In this document: in pieces, positions 1 to 9,272 of the stretch | Position numbering within the stretch: position 1 is the first letter of the stretch | How the letters are laid out: every line of letters begins with the position of its first letter | From: Flavobacteriales bacterium | GTDB taxonomy: Bacteria > Bacteroidota > Bacteroidia > Flavobacteriales_G > NORP312 | DNA length: 40,838 nt | Direction of reading: 5' to 3' | Assembly (NCBI GenBank): GCA_016763645.1 | Contig: JAESTK010000092.1 | Coordinates: 1 to 40,838 of the forward strand | Translations under genes and position numbers: made by a program | The notes under the pieces: generated by a model | Told to the model about the DNA's origin: nothing | Seen by the model: only the letters and a program-made list of their open reading frames with translations | The model's database searches: none

Positions 1-29
1 CTTAGAAAAGGGAGTTAGAGGGATTGATA
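1..29. repeat. REP/MITE-like palindromic repeat (family A), truncated by the window edge
   Basis: CTTAGAAAAGGGAGTTAGAGGGATTGATA is 28/29 identical to 17402-17430. Confidence 0.75.
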
Positions 30-70
30 AAATGTAACTTATTAAAAATAAGCTAATTAAGAATCGAACT

Positions 71-119
71 CAGGTTAGTACATTTCGAGGATGAAATTTT
101 TGCGCTTCATACTAACCTG
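71..119. repeat. Perfect 10-bp inverted repeat CAGGTTAGTA/TACTAACCTG with a 29-nt spacer
   Basis: 71-80 is the exact reverse complement of 110-119. Confidence 0.6.
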
Positions 120-121
120 CA

Positions 122-217
122 TTGGGAATACTCAAACGGGCTATCATAGGCCAATATCATCGAATTGAAAATTCCTTTCTTTAGCTATACGTTGATGAAC
201 TATGTTTCAAATACAAC
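122..217 (+). pseudogene. IS1595-family transposase C-terminal remnant
   Basis: Translates LGILKRAIIGQYHRIENSFL*LYVDELCFKYN, resembling the IS1595 LKR.I.G.YH..S..HL..Y..EF.FRYN motif; in-frame TAG at 182-184; no N-terminal part. Confidence 0.7.
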
Positions 218-296
218 TCAGAGAGGATGAAGATAGGGGCTATAATACACTACTTGACAATCTCTTAAACCAACACCTTGCCAAATTCTAGGAAAT

Positions 297-344
297 CACC
301 TTTTAAGGAGGGGTGTTCGCGCTAAAAGCGTGAGCGGGGTGGTC
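297..344. repeat. REP-like palindromic element (family B) downstream of gltX
   Basis: CCTTTTAAGGAGGGGTG-[GTTCGCGCT-AAA-AGCGTGAGC hairpin]-GGGGTGGTC; same architecture as 18413-18454. Confidence 0.55.
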
Positions 345-374
345 AAAAACAGAAACAAAGAAAAGAGGTGGTAA

Positions 375-1877
375 TTACCCCAAAACCTCAATACCTTTTT
401 TCATTCGACTTAACGACTCTTCTTTACCAATAATTTCCATTATTTCGAAAAGGTTTGGGCCACCACCAACACCAGTGATGGTAAGACGAATAGCAACCAT
501 GGCAATGCCAAAACCTAGTTCGTTATCTTCAACGTATTTCTTAAACGCAATTTCAAGCGCCTCTGAATTAAATGCAGCAACGCCACCAAAAACAGAAACT
601 AAATCGGTAACAATTGATGGAGATTTCTCTTTCCATTTTTTCTTCACCATTTTCTCATCATAAGAGGTTGGCGCGGTAAAAAAGTATGAACCAGCATTAG
701 GGATGTCTTTAGCAAAAGTTACCCGTTCTTTCATTTGATTACAGACCAAGGTCAAAAGGTTAAAGTCAAAAGAAGAGTCTCCTATAAATTCAGCCAATTG
801 GCTGCCTGATTTTGCTTTTAAATATTCTTGATTAAACAATCTTGCTTTATCGGGATCAAATTTCGCACCTGCCTTCCCTACCCTATCGAGCGAAAAAGCA
901 GCAATTAGTTCTTTGATAGAAAAAATCTCTTGTTCTGTGCCTGGATTCCAGCCTAAAAAGGCGAGCATGTTGACAAATGCATCAGGGAAATACCCTTCTT
1001 CTTTATATCCCGTTGAAATATCTCCGCTTTTTGGGTCTTTCCATTCTAGCGGAAAAACAGGAAAGCCTAGTCGATCGCCATCGCGCTTACTTAATTTGCC
1101 AGGGCCATCAGGCTTTAAAATCAAAGGCAAGTGAGAGAAAGAAGGCATAGCATCTTCCCAGCCTAAAAAGCGATATAATAACACGTGGAGAGGTGCCGAA
1201 GGCAACCACTCTTCACCACGAATAACGTGGGTGATTTTCATGGCATAATCGTCAACTACATTTGCTAAATGGTAGGTTGGCATTCCGTCAGATTTGAAAA
1301 TTACCTTATCGTCCATTGTGTTGGTTTGCACGGAAACAGAGCCACGAATTTCATCGGTAAACTTCACTTCTTCATTAGCAGGAACCAATAAGCGAATAAC
1401 ATAGTTCTCTCCTTCACTTAGTTTTGCATCAATTTCATCTTTTGATAGGGTGAGCGAATTATTCAATGTGTCTCTATTTGAAGAATCATAAGAAAAGGTC
1501 TTTTTCTCAGCCTCATATTGCTTACGTAAGGCGTTTAATTCGTCTAGTGTGTCAAATGCATAGTAAGCGTTGCCTGATGCGATTAATTGCTCTGCAAATT
1601 GCGCGTACGAAGCTTTTCTTTCCGATTGTCGATAAGGACCATACTCCCCTCCTACTCTAGGGCTTTCGTCTGGGGTTAATCCACACCACTCTAAAGCGTC
1701 TAACACGTAGTCTTCGGCTCCTTCTACAAAACGGGTTTGGTCAGTGTCTTCAATTCTCAGGATAAAATCTCCTCCATGTTTTTTGGCATATAAATAATTA
1801 TATAAAGCAGTTCTAACACCACCAATATGTAAAGGACCAGTTGGGCTTGGGGCAAATCTTACGCGTACTTTCGACAT
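375..1877 (-). CDS. gltX: Glutamate--tRNA ligase
   Basis: RFAPSPTG-LHIGG (HIGH motif), LRIEDTD, KLSKR (KMSKS equivalent). Confidence 0.98.
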   Translation of the reverse strand: MSKVRVRFAPSPTGPLHIGGVRTALYNYLYAKKHGGDFILRIEDTDQTRFVEGAEDYVLDALEWCGLTPDESPRVGGEYGPYRQSERKASYAQFAEQLIASGNAYYAFDTLDELNALRKQYEAEKKTFSYDSSNRDTLNNSLTLSKDEIDAKLSEGENYVIRLLVPANEEVKFTDEIRGSVSVQTNTMDDKVIFKSDGMPTYHLANVVDDYAMKITHVIRGEEWLPSAPLHVLLYRFLGWEDAMPSFSHLPLILKPDGPGKLSKRDGDRLGFPVFPLEWKDPKSGDISTGYKEEGYFPDAFVNMLAFLGWNPGTEQEIFSIKELIAAFSLDRVGKAGAKFDPDKARLFNQEYLKAKSGSQLAEFIGDSSFDFNLLTLVCNQMKERVTFAKDIPNAGSYFFTAPTSYDEKMVKKKWKEKSPSIVTDLVSVFGGVAAFNSEALEIAFKKYVEDNELGFGIAMVAIRLTITGVGGGPNLFEIMEIIGKEESLSRMKKGIEVLG

Positions 1878-1907
1878 CTTTTAAAATTTTGCGCAAAGAT
1901 AGGAAAG
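1856..1907 (-). repeat. Direct repeat copy 1: gltX promoter and first 7 codons
   Basis: 1856-1877 is identical (22 bp) to 14038-14059; 1892-1907 matches 14072-14087 at 15/16; contains the -7 element TATCTTTG (minus, 1894-1901). Confidence 0.85.
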
Positions 1908-2036
1908 GCGCTAGAAAAAAACGAGTGATTCTTACAATTGGATAGAGAATTTAATTCCGTTAGCATTGCTGTAGTAAGCAAACATTATGAGGATTTATGT
2001 ATTGAGAGAACAATGCTTGTTTGTTAAAGAGTATGC

Positions 2037-2044
2037 TATTTTTG
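2037..2044 (+). promoter_or_regulatory. Bacteroidota -7 promoter element TATTTTTG, 5 nt before the ATG at 2050
   Basis: Matches TAnnTTTG. Confidence 0.55.
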
Positions 2045-2049
2045 CTTAA

Positions 2050-3600
2050 ATGTTTGATTTGACAACAAAAAAATCCAGAATCTTAAAGCTTGCTCTATTC
2101 GCAACAGGATTATCGGGGATAGTTGCTGAGTACATCCTCTCCACTCTTGCTACCTATTTTCTTGGAGATTCCATTTTTCAATGGACTATGATATTATCTA
2201 TCATGCTGTTTTCTATGGGTGTAGGAAGTAGAATTAGTGCTTCGTTTACAGACAAGATTCTAGAGAAATTTTTAATGGCAGAATTCGCTTTATCGTTGCT
2301 TACCTCAACGGCTGCTCTAGGCTGTTATGTAATGATGGGTTACACTAGTTATATCGGGGTAATAATTTATGGGTTTTCAATCGCAATAGGGCTTTTAATA
2401 GGCATGGAAATCCCCTTAGTGATCAGAATAAATGAGGAAAATGAAGATTTAAGAACAAACATTGCTGGAGTAATGGAAAATGATTATTACGGCAGTTTAA
2501 TTGGAGGATTGTTCTTTGTCTTTGTTGGATTACCATATTTAGGACTAACCCATACTCCTTTTCTGCTTGGGGGAATCAATTTCTTGGTTGCCATACTTCT
2601 GTTTTGGAAATTGAAACATCATATTGGAAGTGGCTTCAGGAAAATATGTATGGGGGTTATACCATTGCTTTTTCTCACACTGCTTTTTCTTGGGGTTGGA
2701 GCAGATCAAATTGTTTTACATGGTGAACAAAAGCGGTATGGAGATAAAGTCATTTTCTCAAAGCAAACCCGGTATCAAAAAATAACGATAACGCAATATC
2801 AAGAACACTATTGGCTATACCTCAATGGCAGTAAACAACTATGTACATTTGATGAGTGGCTATATCACGAACCGCTTGTACACCCAGTTATGCATTTAAG
2901 TAAAGATCCTCGGTCTGTATTAATTTTAGGCGCTGGAGATGGGTGTGCTATTCGAGAAGTTCTTAAATACAAAGGAGTTGAGCAAATTACGTTGGTGGAC
3001 ATAGACCCAGAAATGACCAAAATAGGAATGTCAAACCCCATATTTACCCAACTGAATGATAGCGCGTACTACGACCCAAAAGTCAAGGTGGTTAACCAAG
3101 ATGCTTTTCAATATTTAATGGAAACCGATCAATTTTTTGACGTGATGATCCTCGACTTTCCTGACCCAAAAAGTATTGACATTAATCGAGTTTACACCAA
3201 AGAATTTTACCAGCTTTGCAATAAGAAGTTAAGAAACAATGGAGTTCTCGTTACGCAAGCAGTTAGTCCATACTACACTACTAAAGCATATCGATCAATA
3301 GAGAAAACTGTTGCTGCGGCAGGATTTAATTCTTTGGCAATTCACAACCACGTTTATTCATTTGGTGAATGGGGCTGGGTAATTGGTTCAAAAACACTAA
3401 CGTCTGATGAGATTAAAGCAGAGCTGCAAGCCACCTCTTTTGACGATATTGAAACACAGTGGATGACACCAGAATCTATAATATTAATGACCTCTTTTGG
3501 AAAAGATTTACAAGATGCAGATTCGGTGGAAGTTAACACAATTCAAAATCCAGTTCTCTATCGTTACTATCTGGATGGAGTTTGGGCTAGGTATATGTGA
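2050..3600 (+). CDS. speE: Membrane-anchored polyamine aminopropyltransferase (spermidine synthase-like), paralog 1
   Basis: ~7 N-terminal TM helices, then TRYQKI, LYLNG, YHEPLVHP, LILGAGDG, LVDIDP, ILDFPDP, SFGEWG. Confidence 0.9.
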   Translation: MFDLTTKKSRILKLALFATGLSGIVAEYILSTLATYFLGDSIFQWTMILSIMLFSMGVGSRISASFTDKILEKFLMAEFALSLLTSTAALGCYVMMGYTSYIGVIIYGFSIAIGLLIGMEIPLVIRINEENEDLRTNIAGVMENDYYGSLIGGLFFVFVGLPYLGLTHTPFLLGGINFLVAILLFWKLKHHIGSGFRKICMGVIPLLFLTLLFLGVGADQIVLHGEQKRYGDKVIFSKQTRYQKITITQYQEHYWLYLNGSKQLCTFDEWLYHEPLVHPVMHLSKDPRSVLILGAGDGCAIREVLKYKGVEQITLVDIDPEMTKIGMSNPIFTQLNDSAYYDPKVKVVNQDAFQYLMETDQFFDVMILDFPDPKSIDINRVYTKEFYQLCNKKLRNNGVLVTQAVSPYYTTKAYRSIEKTVAAAGFNSLAIHNHVYSFGEWGWVIGSKTLTSDEIKAELQATSFDDIETQWMTPESIILMTSFGKDLQDADSVEVNTIQNPVLYRYYLDGVWARYM

Positions 3601-4661
3601 TGTGGTTATTCGGACGAAATCTAGATTTACTAGCCCTTTTCATCCCAGTGTGGGTAATCTGGGCACTTCTTTTTTGTCTACCGGTAGAAACGCTTGATAC
3701 GGAAATTCCTCTTTGGGCCTGGGTAGTTGGTGTTTTAATGATTGATGTTGCCCATGTTTGGAGCACTACTTTTCGAACTTATTTCGATAAAGAAGAGTTT
3801 TCAAATCACAAGCAGCTTCTCGGGCTTACGCCTATCATTTGTTTTGTAATTCTGTTTACGCTAGCAAGCGAGTCGGTTGAGTGGTTTTGGCGGCTACTGG
3901 CATATTTGGCACTGTTTCATTTTATAAAGCAGCAATATGGGTTTTTTGCCTTGTATTCTGTAAAATCGGGAGCAATAAAAGTAAAACGCTACATTTCCGA
4001 CAAACTCACAATCTATTTATCGATGCTCTATCCTGTTTTATTCTGGCACCTCAATGTCCGAAAATTTAGTTGGTTTGTAGAAGGCGATTTTTTTCAATTT
4101 CACGTAGATTCAGCGCTCGTCTGGTCAGTATTAAATTACGTTTATTGGCTAATTATTTCGGGGTGGTTGGTGGATGAGATTAGATTAATAAAACAGCAGA
4201 AGATTCATTTTTCAACGGGCCGAATCTTATGGTTGTTTACGACAGCTTTCAACTGGTACTTGGGGATCATCTATTTCAATTCAGATCTTGCTTTTACCTT
4301 AACCAATGTTGTCGCCCATGGCATTCCGTATATAGCTTTGGTTATTTACTATCAAGCGACAAAAGAAACACGGACTTCTTCCAATAAGCGACCTTCAATT
4401 TTGATTATCGGATGTGTGATCATAATTGGATCCTTACTATTTGCGTTTGGAGAAGAGTACCTATGGGATCTCTTTCTCAATCAAGACAAACAGGAATTGT
4501 TCGGCTCGTGGATTTCGTATCCTGAAATATCAAACCCCAGACTTCAAGCTATTGCCTTAGCGTTGCTTTCGTTACCACAAGTTGTACATTACGTGCTTGA
4601 TGGCTTTATTTGGAAAATGAATGATACGAACCCTCACCTTAGAAATATGATGAATGAATAG
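3597..4661 (+). CDS. Polytopic membrane protein with four His motifs (putative membrane metalloenzyme)
   Basis: ~8 TM segments; DVAHVWST, LFHFIKQQYG, VAHGIPY, VVHYVLDGFIW; start overlaps the upstream stop. Confidence 0.75.
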   Translation: MMWLFGRNLDLLALFIPVWVIWALLFCLPVETLDTEIPLWAWVVGVLMIDVAHVWSTTFRTYFDKEEFSNHKQLLGLTPIICFVILFTLASESVEWFWRLLAYLALFHFIKQQYGFFALYSVKSGAIKVKRYISDKLTIYLSMLYPVLFWHLNVRKFSWFVEGDFFQFHVDSALVWSVLNYVYWLIISGWLVDEIRLIKQQKIHFSTGRILWLFTTAFNWYLGIIYFNSDLAFTLTNVVAHGIPYIALVIYYQATKETRTSSNKRPSILIIGCVIIIGSLLFAFGEEYLWDLFLNQDKQELFGSWISYPEISNPRLQAIALALLSLPQVVHYVLDGFIWKMNDTNPHLRNMMNE

Positions 4662-6153
4662 AAGAGCATTCATAAAAATAGGGACACTTGTTTTTGCTGT
4701 TGGCGTTGGTTGTAGATCAGAAAAATCAAGGGAACATTCAAGTAGCTACGCGATTACGATTGACTCAAACCGATCGATTGGTCACCTTGCTCGGAATTCA
4801 TTTCTCCATAGTGTCTCAGAAGAAATAAAAACTGATGTTCTTGTGGTCGGGGCGGGAATTGCAGGTATGGCTGCGGCATGTTCTCTACAGCATAGGGAGG
4901 TTATTGTCTGCGACTTAAACCCTAGGCTTGGAGGCACTTCTGGGGCAGTTACCATTGGAAATCAACAATTTTCTCAAGGAGCGTATTACGACATGTCTTA
5001 TCCTGGATACTATGGGAGTGATGGACTTAAACTATTAGAATCTCTAAAGGTAATAACGTATAACAAAACCTTAGATCGATGGGATTTTATAGAGAAACAA
5101 CACCTGATTAGTTTAACAGCAGAGGAACGGTGCTATCGAAATGGCGGGCTCGATGCATCGGTATTAATGGATTCCGAATTGAAGCAAAACTTTCTAGATT
5201 TGTTGCGCCCGTATTCTGGAAAAATGGTACTCCCTTCAAGCGAAATAGGGTTGGATAGTATACGATTAGATCATTTAACTTTTTCTGAATATTTAAACAA
5301 ATACCTTCCTGTAAATTCTGATTTTATGGAGGCAATCGATTACCAAATGATGGACGATTACGGAGGAAAAAGTGATCAAGTATCTGCTTTAGCGGGAATT
5401 CACTATTACCGCTGTCGTCCGTATTACCAGAAACCAGAACCAGAAATACTTTCACCCACCGAAGGCAACTATTATTTCATAAATAAAATGGTAAACCAGT
5501 TGAGTTTGGAACAAATTAAACTAGACAGCCTTGTAGTTGGAATGGAAAAACTAAAACAAGGATGGGGTGTTGATGTCTGGGAAGTAGCAAACGATAGAAA
5601 AGTTAGATACAAGTGTAACAACGTAATATACGCAGGTCAAAAACACCTCTTAAAGTATTTGCATCCAGAATCATACAAGACCTTTAGCGATGTAAAATAC
5701 GCCCCTTGGATTGTCATAAACATTGAGTTGCAAGGAGAGTCTATCGACAATGATTTTTGGCAAAACGATTACCTTTCTACAAATGCTCAGTTTCTTGGAT
5801 TTGTGAACTCACGAGCGCAAACCAAAGAGGGCAACCGTGTATTAACAGCGTATTATTGTTATCCTGACATCTACCACCATATGGTGCAGGATTTGGAAAA
5901 CGGAGCACGTGAAATCGTAGAACAAACAATTGGATTTATCAATACTTATTTCAAAAAGGACCTTGAACCTTTTATCAAACACGTTTACGTGAAATTACTG
6001 GGCCACGCGATGCCGGTTCCTGTGCCCAGATATCTAAGCAAGAAAAGGCAATTAGAACAAAATGGACTTTCGTTTGCCGGGGCAGACACAGGAAGGTTAC
6101 CACTGATGTTTGACGCCTTAGATTCGGGTATTCAAGCAGCTAAGAGAATTTAA
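4654..6153 (+). CDS. FAD-dependent oxidoreductase (amine oxidase-like) with Tat/lipoprotein signal
   Basis: MNRRAFIK twin-Arg, VGVGC lipobox-like motif, VLVVGAGIAG dinucleotide-binding motif, RLGG, GHAMPVP, FAGAD. Confidence 0.85.
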   Translation: MNRRAFIKIGTLVFAVGVGCRSEKSREHSSSYAITIDSNRSIGHLARNSFLHSVSEEIKTDVLVVGAGIAGMAAACSLQHREVIVCDLNPRLGGTSGAVTIGNQQFSQGAYYDMSYPGYYGSDGLKLLESLKVITYNKTLDRWDFIEKQHLISLTAEERCYRNGGLDASVLMDSELKQNFLDLLRPYSGKMVLPSSEIGLDSIRLDHLTFSEYLNKYLPVNSDFMEAIDYQMMDDYGGKSDQVSALAGIHYYRCRPYYQKPEPEILSPTEGNYYFINKMVNQLSLEQIKLDSLVVGMEKLKQGWGVDVWEVANDRKVRYKCNNVIYAGQKHLLKYLHPESYKTFSDVKYAPWIVINIELQGESIDNDFWQNDYLSTNAQFLGFVNSRAQTKEGNRVLTAYYCYPDIYHHMVQDLENGAREIVEQTIGFINTYFKKDLEPFIKHVYVKLLGHAMPVPVPRYLSKKRQLEQNGLSFAGADTGRLPLMFDALDSGIQAAKRI

Positions 6154-7682
6154 TAAAGATCCCAATTTGCGTTGAGTTGATACCGATAGAGCACAGGATC
6201 ATTAATTGTATTGATTTTGATCTCACTAGTATCAGCTAATGGCTTTCCAAAAGATAACATCATATCAACCGATTCTAAATTAAGCCAGCGTGTATTAACT
6301 TTTGGAAAATCAGGATCATGTAACAAGTGCGTCATTTCTTCTACCGTGAAACGCTTTGAACCAAGTATCCAGCCCCATTCACCCATCGAAGGAATTTGAT
6401 TGTGCAGTTTCAATGTTTCGAAACCAGAACTTTTCATTGTTTTATTGATGCATTCATACGCCCGCGTTGCGTAATACGGACTACCTGCTTGAGTTATTAT
6501 GTGGCCATTTGGTCTTAAATGTAAGTGGGCCATGGCGTAGAACTCCCTCGTATACAGCTTGTTCAAATCAACACCTTTTGCATCAGGTAAATCGACAATA
6601 ATAACATCGTAAAAGTCCTTTGTATTCTGTACGTAAACGAAGCCATCTTCGTTTAGAACGCGAACCCGAGCGTTATGTAATGATGAGTCATTTGCAAGTA
6701 CAACGGGTAGGTAACCTTTCCCAATTGAAGTCATTTCTGGATCGAGATCAACTATGGTTATACTTTCTACATCATCATATTTCAAAAGCTCCTTGACATT
6801 AAAACCATCACCACCCCCAATAATCAAAATATCTTTGCGCTCTTTGCTAATTTGCATGATTGGATGGATCATTGGTTCGTGATAAAGAAACTCATCTATG
6901 GTGCTCAATTGCAGATTTCCATTAATGTAGAGCCAATAACTATCCAACCAAGTAGTAATCACTATTTTCTGATATTTAGATTCCTTTACAAAAACGATCT
7001 TGTCTTTGTATCTATTTTGCTCTCCGTAAAGCATTATCTGATCTGATTTCAAGAATCCGAATCCAAGTATAAAAACAACTAGAACTCCAATTCCAAGAAT
7101 CCACGATTTGTTCTGCTTTTGTTCTTTCCAATAGGATAAGAGGAGCAGTGTTGCAGCCAAAAAGTTTAGCAAACCAAACAGAAATGCAGTATTCTTAATT
7201 CCCAAATGAGGAAGGCCCCAAAAAGCGAATGCAAGACCCCCAACTAAGCTCCCAACATAATCCCAAGATAACACACTCGACACATTGGTATTGATGTCTT
7301 CAAACTCTTCGTTTAATCTGGTAACTAATGGTATTTCGAATCCAATACACAATCCGATTAAAGCACTTAATCCGTATACCACGATGTGAATATATTGAGT
7401 GTATCCAGCTATACTATAAACAACTAATGGAGAGATACAGATAAGAACGGATAAACCAAATTCAATTAATAGAAACGTCTGTAATACATTGCCTTTGATG
7501 TATCTACTTAGTTGACTGCCTATCCCCATCGTAAAGAGCATAACGGAAAGAACGATCGTCCATTGAACAATTGTGTCTCCGATAAAATAAGAAGCTAGAG
7601 TTGATAATATAAACTCAGAAACTATACCTGAGATGCCCGTTGCAAATATTGCTGTTTTTAAAAAATACGAACGGAGTTTCAA
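6150..7682 (-). CDS. speE: Membrane-anchored polyamine aminopropyltransferase, paralog 2
   Basis: Same architecture as 2050-3600: SKYQKI, LYINGNLQ, YHEPMIHP, LIIGGGDG, IVDLDP, IVDLPD, SMGEWG. Confidence 0.9.
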   Translation of the reverse strand: MKLRSYFLKTAIFATGISGIVSEFILSTLASYFIGDTIVQWTIVLSVMLFTMGIGSQLSRYIKGNVLQTFLLIEFGLSVLICISPLVVYSIAGYTQYIHIVVYGLSALIGLCIGFEIPLVTRLNEEFEDINTNVSSVLSWDYVGSLVGGLAFAFWGLPHLGIKNTAFLFGLLNFLAATLLLLSYWKEQKQNKSWILGIGVLVVFILGFGFLKSDQIMLYGEQNRYKDKIVFVKESKYQKIVITTWLDSYWLYINGNLQLSTIDEFLYHEPMIHPIMQISKERKDILIIGGGDGFNVKELLKYDDVESITIVDLDPEMTSIGKGYLPVVLANDSSLHNARVRVLNEDGFVYVQNTKDFYDVIIVDLPDAKGVDLNKLYTREFYAMAHLHLRPNGHIITQAGSPYYATRAYECINKTMKSSGFETLKLHNQIPSMGEWGWILGSKRFTVEEMTHLLHDPDFPKVNTRWLNLESVDMMLSFGKPLADTSEIKINTINDPVLYRYQLNANWDLY

Positions 7683-7683
7683 G

Positions 7684-8547
7684 TTACGAGAAACTCATGC
7701 AAATCAACATCGCACCACCAACATAACCAAAAGCCTCAATTACTCCAGCTCCGACATTTGGTTTTTCCTGATTAACAATTTCGTCTGTAAGTTTTCTCCC
7801 GGGTAATAAAATCTTATCGGTAAGTACACGTGCCAACGGCAGCATCAATAGACCGATCCCAGTTTCCATACCAAGATTTTCAACTACTTGTATCCAAGAT
7901 TCAGCATCAATCTGGGCGCCATGGCGAATCAATATAGCTATAGCAACCATAGCTCCGGCATAGCCTACTCCTACGGCAACGTTGTCTTTTTCGATGTGTT
8001 CATGAATGTCGTAAGGCGTAATCCAATTGTAAACGATTGACACCAACAATAAAAAAACCTGAGACACCCCCCATAGACCGATAATGCCAAGGTAATTGTC
8101 TGGATTTTCTGCCATTACACCGTGAATAATTAAACCATTTGCAACACAAATAGCTCCCTCGATTACTCCAGTTCCAACGTTTTGATCTTCTATAATTTCT
8201 TTCCGAAGATCAAATTTTCGAAGAATAAATTTATCTGTAATAAATATGGAAACGTTAAGAAGAACAATTGCCAATAGACCAAATGTCATTATTTCAATAA
8301 GGTTGTCGACAATGTGACCAATGTCATCGCCCTCATATAAGCTGGCAATTGCTATTAACAACCCAATGTAGTATCCTACGTTTGCAAACGCAAACGCTAG
8401 GTTATCTTTTTCAACCAATTCGTGGTCAATGTCAATTTTCTTGTTGACTAGTTTATAAAAATACTTCCCGATAAAAAATAGCGCAAAACTCGCTAATAAA
8501 TAAATGAGTGCAGTAAGTACCCCGTCTAATGTCGCTAGAATATCCAT
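7684..8547 (-). CDS. DUF350 (YjfL-like) membrane protein, tandem-domain form
   Basis: Four repeats EKDNLAFA, EDQNVGTG, EKDNVAVG, EKPNVGAG, each between TM helices. Confidence 0.8.
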   Translation of the reverse strand: MDILATLDGVLTALIYLLASFALFFIGKYFYKLVNKKIDIDHELVEKDNLAFAFANVGYYIGLLIAIASLYEGDDIGHIVDNLIEIMTFGLLAIVLLNVSIFITDKFILRKFDLRKEIIEDQNVGTGVIEGAICVANGLIIHGVMAENPDNYLGIIGLWGVSQVFLLLVSIVYNWITPYDIHEHIEKDNVAVGVGYAGAMVAIAILIRHGAQIDAESWIQVVENLGMETGIGLLMLPLARVLTDKILLPGRKLTDEIVNQEKPNVGAGVIEAFGYVGGAMLICMSFS

Positions 8548-8561
8548 GTTTTACTTTTTAT

Positions 8562-9251
8562 TTATTTACCAAATCCTGAACTTCTTCCTGAATGCCCTGA
8601 TCTGCCCCGGCTACCACTCCAACCAGACCTTGATGACTTTCTCGCAAAGAAATCTGGGCGTGATTTTCGCGTTCCAGCAGAACTGGTTCCATACTTCGAT
8701 TTTCCGCCCGTTTTAGGGCCATAATACCCCTTGCTTCCATAATACCCACCACGGTACGAGGAATAATCACTGCGGTATATTGGTCGGTGCATCATTCCAA
8801 ACATTTGGGACATAAACATATATTGTCCATAAAATGCCCAAAAAGAAGTGCCATTGTTGTTTCTCCACTCTCCATATCTTCCATTACCAACATACTGATA
8901 ACCTGGAGGAGAGACATTTTTTTCTAATTTTCCGTCCTTTTTATAACAAAGAGTCATGCCCAAATTTTCTTCGTTGGCCCAGAAAAACTTTTCATCAACT
9001 TCTTTCCAAGCACTTTTTGTTTCAACGGGAGTTCCTTCCGAATCTTCAAGTATAACCTTGTACTGATGTTTGTAGGTTTTAAAAAATCTCCCCTCAACAT
9101 CCATATTCTCTAATATAATTGCAAAGTTCTGTTGATCAGAATACTGACTTATATAGTCGTCAACTGGAGATTTTACGAACGCTCGTCCTCCACAGCTAAC
9201 GAAAACCATTGCAGCGAAAACTAGAACCGAAATATTTAAGATCTTATTCAT
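8562..9251 (-). CDS. Lipoprotein with Gly/Ser/Arg/Tyr low-complexity C-terminal tail
   Basis: Lipobox VFVSC; YGEW..NNGTSFWAFYGQY motif; tail ...SRGRSGHSGRSSGFGK. Confidence 0.8.
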   Translation of the reverse strand: MNKILNISVLVFAAMVFVSCGGRAFVKSPVDDYISQYSDQQNFAIILENMDVEGRFFKTYKHQYKVILEDSEGTPVETKSAWKEVDEKFFWANEENLGMTLCYKKDGKLEKNVSPPGYQYVGNGRYGEWRNNNGTSFWAFYGQYMFMSQMFGMMHRPIYRSDYSSYRGGYYGSKGYYGPKTGGKSKYGTSSAGTRKSRPDFFARKSSRSGWSGSRGRSGHSGRSSGFGK

Positions 9252-9272
9252 GTTATTACTCGTTAATTACGT

